Virus record (IMG/VR): IMGVR_UViG_3300037851_000025
Location: 1 to 36,361 of that record
Length of the DNA stretch: 36,361 bases
Direction: 5' to 3' (one strand)
Origin: a virus
Taxonomy: Duplodnaviria; Caudoviricetes
Below, in pieces: positions 31,959-36,361 of the stretch. The notes beneath the pieces are model-generated. The model did not search any database. It was not told the DNA's origin and saw only the letters and a list, made by a program, of their open reading frames with translations. The position numbers were made by a program, and so were the translations under genes. Numbering within the stretch: the stretch's first letter is position 1; each line of letters starts with the position of its first letter.

Positions 31959-32251
31959 CAGGCGCGTCCTTCTCCTCGTGCGGTCGGGGCGTAGACGATG
32001 GTGTCGGTGCCGTTGTCACGGACCGTCTGGAGGTTCATCACCGGGCGCCGCTTCTCGGGGTCGAGGCGGACCGCCTCGGTGCCGACGTAGTCCTCGCGCT
32101 CGTTGAGCACGAGCTTGGCGCTGACGCCAGCGAGGACCATCGGCGTCGAGAGGAAGCGCATCTTCGGACAGACGTGGAAGCGTGTGCCCACGCCCTTGTC
32201 ATTGGTCTGGTCGGTCTTCTTGCAGGCCGGGCAGACCCAGTTGCGGATCAT
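31958..32251 (-). CDS. hypothetical zinc-ribbon protein (97 aa)
   Basis: WVCPAC...RFHVCP. ATGA overlap with the portal stop. Confidence 0.7.
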   Translation of the reverse strand: MIRNWVCPACKKTDQTNDKGVGTRFHVCPKMRFLSTPMVLAGVSAKLVLNEREDYVGTEAVRLDPEKRRPVMNLQTVRDNGTDTIVYAPTARGEGRA

Positions 32252-34065
32252 GCGATCTCGACCTCGTCCACGCTGACGATGCGCCCGCTGGCGTCCCGGT
32301 GCGGGATCTTGCGGACGTTGCGGGGCCGCGTGACCTTCTCCGCGATGAGCGCGACCTGGCCGACCACGGCCACGGCCGCCTCCGCGGCGCGGGATGCGCT
32401 GGCGGCCATGCTCTCGACCTCATCGAGGCGTGCCTGGAGGTCGTCGCGCAGGCCGTCGCGGATGGACTTCACGGCGAAGTCGTCCACCGTCACCGGCACC
32501 GAGAGGTGCAGCGGGCCGGCAGCCGTCACGGCACGGATGCCGGGATACCGCTGCGACGGTTCCCCGTCGAGGATCTGGCGGGGCGAATAGCGTCGCCGGA
32601 GCCCCAGCAGGAAGGTGTCCATCTCCTCGGGCGCCACGAGGCGGTGCATGTGCGTCGTGTCGCCGTTCTCGATGTACGCCTGGACCGTGGGGTGCTTGTA
32701 GAGGCCACGCCCAAGGGCCCGGACCCGGTCACCACCGGGCGTGGGCTCCGCGCCGGACTTCTTGGGCGTGTCGTACTCCTCGGGACGCCCCTGCTCGGCC
32801 TTCATCTCCATCTGCTTGTCAGCGAGGGCCTGCGCGTCTTTCTGCGCCTTGAACGCTTCGTCGCCGCCCTCTAGGGGGTCGCCCATGCCGAACTGCTTGA
32901 TGGCGCGGTTGATGGGCAGTCCGGCCTTGACGTAGGCGAGCCACTGCGCCATCTCCTCGGTCGGGGCGCCGCGCAGGGCCTCGACCCCGGTGAAGTCGTA
33001 GGCCACGCGGAGCTTCTTGCGCGTGGGGTCGAAGAGGGGCACGAGGTAGGAGTTGATGGGCACGGCCCGATGGGTCAACTCGTTGATCATCGTCTGCCGC
33101 CAGAAGACCCGCTCCGCGTCGCGCGTCGAGGCATAGACCGATGCCTTCTCGTCGTCGCCAGCGAGCACGAGCGGCACGCCGAGGACAGCGCAGATGGTCA
33201 TGCGGGACACCTTGCGGCTGGCGATCCAGTCGGCGTCCTTCTGGCTCATCGAGAGTTGCTGCCACGAGAGGCCAGCGGGCAGGATGGGCGTCTTGCCCTG
33301 GTTCTTCGGTCCGCGCAGCGCCGCGAAGGCCCGCTTGATGTACGAGCGGTCGGTCGGCGTCAACTCGACGTTCTCTTTCGCCACCCACGCGCCGGCCGGG
33401 ATGCCCCAGTTGCGCAGCAGCGAGTCGTTCCACTCGGACGCGCGCTTGTTGGTGCTGATCTCGAAGCGGGCCGCGGAGAGCGGTGAGAGGAGACGGTAGG
33501 GGTCTTGGAGGTTGACGATGTCGCGGAAGGGGATGATGCGCTCGGCGGGATAGTAGTCGCGCTGCCCGGTGCCCATCGGGGTGTGCCAGTAGCCCTCGGG
33601 GAACGTGCGGCCCATCTCGGGCTCCACGAGGGCCCCGGAGAGCCAGTGCAGTTCCTGCGGCTGGCCGCCGTACTTGCCCTTGACCATGAGCCAGTAGGAG
33701 CCGCCGTGGACGCAGCCGCCGGCGGAGGTGTATGCCTGGAGCTGGGCGCCCTCCCATGCGGGGTTCACGTCATCGAGAAGGAACTGGAGGTCTTCGCCCG
33801 CGCTGTCTGACTTGGCACCGAGGGGCACCCACTCCGTGCCGTCGCGGACCTCGACGCGCAGCGGTGCGGACTGCACGGCCATGGCCTTGAGGTGGACACA
33901 GCGGAAGACCCATGCCTCGTCCGCGGGCTGGCGGCCGAACTCGAGGAGGCTCTGCGGCACGCCGTCGCTGGCGGACGGGATGCCCATGAACGCCTTGAAC
34001 TCGGACTGCGTGGCGCGCACGGCGGAACCGGCGAACGCGATGTCGAACATGGGTGGAGTGGTCAT
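32248..34065 (-). CDS. HK97-family portal protein with a ~200-aa C-terminal extension
   Basis: WVFRCV, ELHWL, ERIIPFR, LSPLSAAR, GPKNQGKTPIL..GLSWQQLSMSQKDADW, ICAVLGVP. Confidence 0.92.
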   Translation of the reverse strand: MTTPPMFDIAFAGSAVRATQSEFKAFMGIPSASDGVPQSLLEFGRQPADEAWVFRCVHLKAMAVQSAPLRVEVRDGTEWVPLGAKSDSAGEDLQFLLDDVNPAWEGAQLQAYTSAGGCVHGGSYWLMVKGKYGGQPQELHWLSGALVEPEMGRTFPEGYWHTPMGTGQRDYYPAERIIPFRDIVNLQDPYRLLSPLSAARFEISTNKRASEWNDSLLRNWGIPAGAWVAKENVELTPTDRSYIKRAFAALRGPKNQGKTPILPAGLSWQQLSMSQKDADWIASRKVSRMTICAVLGVPLVLAGDDEKASVYASTRDAERVFWRQTMINELTHRAVPINSYLVPLFDPTRKKLRVAYDFTGVEALRGAPTEEMAQWLAYVKAGLPINRAIKQFGMGDPLEGGDEAFKAQKDAQALADKQMEMKAEQGRPEEYDTPKKSGAEPTPGGDRVRALGRGLYKHPTVQAYIENGDTTHMHRLVAPEEMDTFLLGLRRRYSPRQILDGEPSQRYPGIRAVTAAGPLHLSVPVTVDDFAVKSIRDGLRDDLQARLDEVESMAASASRAAEAAVAVVGQVALIAEKVTRPRNVRKIPHRDASGRIVSVDEVEIA

Positions 34066-34154
34066 CTGTCAGTCATCTCCATCCTCCGCGACGACACGGT
34101 CGCACGCGCGGCACCAACCGAAGCCGAGGTCATAAGGGGCATCGCACTGGCATG

Positions 34155-35816
34155 TCAGGCTACGAACGCCCTGAAGCGCGGCTTGGGAGCCTCTTCGAGG
34201 GCTTGGGACACGGCCATCACGACCGCGACCGCGGCGTCGATCTTCTTCGAGCGCGTCGGCTTTTCGAGTCGCCACCCTGTTTCACCCACCTGTCGCGGCA
34301 CGACGTGGCGCAGGTGCGCCGCGAGCGTCGCATCGAACTCATCGGACGGGTCATGGACGACCCGCTGCTCCATGACCGCCTCGTAGAAGCGCCGCGACGC
34401 CTCGACCATCCAGCCGCCCTGCTGGGGCACCGGGATGAGCGAATAGCCGCGCTCGGCCTCGAGGGCCAGCTCCGTCGAGGCGAGGCCCCACTTGTCGTAG
34501 ACGAAGGCCGGTCCGGGGGCGGCCACGTCGTTGATGCGCACCGCCGAGGCCGGGTAGCGGCCCCGAAGCTCGCGCAGGTAGCCCACGATCTCGTCCAGCG
34601 GCATGCGCCAGTCCTTGTGTGCGACGGTCCCCTCCTGGTGGGGGTTCTGCCACACGCGGGCCTTGACCGCGACCTCGTCGCCCTGGCGCTGCGCGATGAC
34701 GACCGCGGAGGCGTCGTTGTTCAACGCGATGTCGATGCCCACGCAGATGGGCGCCCGCCGGTCGAGCTCCACCGACCCCGCGCAGGCATCCCATGCCCCG
34801 GCAGGGAGCCAGAAGTCCTCGACGGGCACGAAAGCGTTGGTGCGCTTGATGCGGAACTCGGACTCGGGCGTGATGCGCACGGCGCTGCGCATGTCCTCCC
34901 GGTCGATGATGTCATCGAGGCCGGGGTTCGCCAGTTCCCAGTTGGCCTCGTCGCGGTGGTCCGACTCCTCGTCGGCTCCCCACCACGCCATGAAGAACGT
35001 CGGGTCGTCCACCTCGCCGCGGATGACGCGCAGCCCGTACTGGTAGAGCTGGTACAGGATGGACTCGTCCTCGGCCCGCGTGGACATGACGCCCGCGGTG
35101 GTCACGATGAGCATGAGCGGGTCGAGTCGGGCGCCCATGGCGAGCTGGAGGACGTCGAACAGTTCTCGCGTCGGCCACGCATGCAGCTCGTCCGCGAGGA
35201 TGAGCGTGGGCGACAGACCCTCCTTCGTGTACGCCTCGGAGGAGACGGCCCGGTAGACGCTCTGCGACTCGCGATGCTCGAGGACATGGCTGTAGACCTT
35301 GATCTCCTCGGAGAGCAGCGGGTCCAGCAGCACCATCTGCTTGGCGTGGTTGAAGATGAGCTTCGCCTGGTCGCGGTCGGCGGCGGCGCTGATGACCTGT
35401 CCGCCGGCCTGCTCGGTCGTCAGCGCAGCGACGGCGATGGATGCCGCGAGGGCGGATTTTCCGTTCTTTCGTGCCGTACTGAAGCAGGCTAGTCTGTGCC
35501 GCCGCCTCCCGCTCCCGGTACGAGCGTAGATGTGGCGGATGGCCTCCTGCTGCCACGGACGGAGCAGGAACGGCTGGCCCTTGCGTCCTGCGAACGAGTC
35601 CTCGGTGATGCGGCAGTAGGTCTGGATGAAGTCGATGACCTCGTCACCCTCGCCGCGCGCGATGTCAGCGGCGGGGACGGGCGTCAGCCAGCGGGGCGGC
35701 CAGCCTTGAGGGCCCGCTGCTCCCGCAGCGCCGCCAGCCCCGTCTTCTGCGCCTGCACCTGCGCGAGCCCGAGGCGCCCGCGGTCGGCTGGGTTGAGTCC
35801 GAGGAGTCCTAGCCAT
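34155..35816 (-). CDS. terL: terminase large subunit
   Basis: LRPWQ (Q-motif), ARKNGKS (Walker A), ILADELH (Walker B), IVTTAG, VGIDIALNND and KKIDAAVA (nuclease). True start uncertain. Confidence 0.95.
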   Translation of the reverse strand: MARTPRTQPSRPRAPRARAGAGAEDGAGGAAGAAGPQGWPPRWLTPVPAADIARGEGDEVIDFIQTYCRITEDSFAGRKGQPFLLRPWQQEAIRHIYARTGSGRRRHRLACFSTARKNGKSALAASIAVAALTTEQAGGQVISAAADRDQAKLIFNHAKQMVLLDPLLSEEIKVYSHVLEHRESQSVYRAVSSEAYTKEGLSPTLILADELHAWPTRELFDVLQLAMGARLDPLMLIVTTAGVMSTRAEDESILYQLYQYGLRVIRGEVDDPTFFMAWWGADEESDHRDEANWELANPGLDDIIDREDMRSAVRITPESEFRIKRTNAFVPVEDFWLPAGAWDACAGSVELDRRAPICVGIDIALNNDASAVVIAQRQGDEVAVKARVWQNPHQEGTVAHKDWRMPLDEIVGYLRELRGRYPASAVRINDVAAPGPAFVYDKWGLASTELALEAERGYSLIPVPQQGGWMVEASRRFYEAVMEQRVVHDPSDEFDATLAAHLRHVVPRQVGETGWRLEKPTRSKKIDAAVAVVMAVSQALEEAPKPRFRAFVA

Positions 35817-36184
35817 ACGGACAGTTGCTTCTCCACTTCGCGCAGCATCGCGACCTGGGGGCGCGCGACCTCCAGTCCTTTCTCGTTGATCTGGGTATGA
35901 CCGTGCTCCTCGACGTTCGCTCGGAGGGCGGCACGCTCATCCCACGCCTCCGTGACGAGGCGCAGCGTGGCGAGGGCGTCGGTCTCACCGATCCAGCTCC
36001 CCGCGCCGGCAGCCATGAGCGCTTCGACCAGCTCCACGCCGGTCTGCGGCCCATGGCCGTTGACGACCTCGACCTGGACGGGACGGATGGCCGTGATGGG
36101 ACGCGGCAGGGGTCGCTTGCCGGGGTTGCCCAGCCGCTTCTTCTCCTCGAGGGTCTTGGGTGGGCGACCACCGGCATGCACCAT
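35684..36184 (-). CDS. terS: terminase small subunit (P27-like)
   Basis: GGRPPKT...LGNPGKRPLP, ARPQVAML, LGLNPADRGRL. Directly upstream of terL. Confidence 0.9.
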   Translation of the reverse strand: MVHAGGRPPKTLEEKKRLGNPGKRPLPRPITAIRPVQVEVVNGHGPQTGVELVEALMAAGAGSWIGETDALATLRLVTEAWDERAALRANVEEHGHTQINEKGLEVARPQVAMLREVEKQLSVWLGLLGLNPADRGRLGLAQVQAQKTGLAALREQRALKAGRPAG

Positions 36185-36287
36185 CTCGCCTTGACATCCG
36201 TGCTACGGTGTTGGTCCGGTCCGTGAGCGCGTCCCTTCACAGGTCGACGCGGGTTTGAACTCACGGGCCGTTTCTCTTGCTGGGCCC

Positions 36288-36329
36288 CGGATACTCCTCG
36301 CAGACCGCGGATACTCCCCCCCAGTATCC
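36288..36329. repeat. direct and inverted GGATACT repeats upstream of terS
   Basis: CGGATACTCC at 36288-36297 and 36308-36317; inverted AGTATCC at 36323-36329. Confidence 0.7.
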
Positions 36330-36361
36330 ATGCCCATGTTTCGCGACCGTGCGCGCGACAG

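Noticed and set aside
35684-35816. Programmed -1 frameshift fusing TerS to TerL
   Set aside because: terL is in the -1 frame, but I found no X XXY YYZ heptamer in the terS reading frame in the part of the overlap inspected. GGGCCCT is in the wrong phase.
36191-36220. Plus-strand TTGACA as an antisense/divergent promoter
   Set aside because: No -10 element at the proper spacing; TACGGT is only 7 nt away.
37-36226. Numerous long plus-strand ORFs in the track (e.g. 12736..13959, 22468..23652, 28390..29994, 34053..35492)
   Set aside because: They are antisense shadows of GC-rich minus-strand genes, with no motifs and no RBS, and they overlap well-supported genes entirely.
1-36361. tRNA, rRNA, integrase/att sites, transposases, introns/inteins, alternative genetic code
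   Set aside because: None recognised. Intergenic gaps are short, and core genes are uninterrupted and read normally with TGA, TAG and TAA as stops.

Overview
This window is a contiguous ~36 kb stretch of a high-GC (roughly 70% by eye) tailed dsDNA phage with HK97-type head genes and a non-contractile (siphovirus-like) tail. Essentially every real gene is on the minus strand, many joined by ATGA, GTGA or TGATG overlaps. In transcription order (right to left) it encodes: small and large terminase; portal; a ~4 kb inserted block of four small genes plus a 901-aa Ala/Thr/Ser-rich repeat protein; prohead protease; major capsid protein; two small putative capsid accessory proteins; an FkbM-like methyltransferase and three glycosyltransferases; head-tail adaptor; tail terminator; tail tube; tail chaperone with a -1 frameshift; a displaced HK97-gp10-like gene; tape measure; four minor tail genes; and a strong terminator. 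An apparently deleted immunity region follows (cI-like stub, cro-like gene, operator, leaderless promoters). The early operon then carries a YqaJ/RecT recombination pair, a helicase-MTase fusion, a replication initiator with internal repeats, a C5-MTase, a Mom-like XF1762 protein and many small Cys-rich or membrane ORFs. No integrase, endolysin, holin, tRNA or CRISPR array was recognised. The best candidate for an undescribed system is a virion surface-glycosylation cassette embedded in the late operon. Three of its four genes carry the same TGCTAGGAG element at the ribosome-binding site, one sits behind a possible RNA switch, and the filament-like Ser/Thr-rich protein encoded among the head genes is a candidate substrate. 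All functional calls come from motif recognition by eye; no database searches were run.
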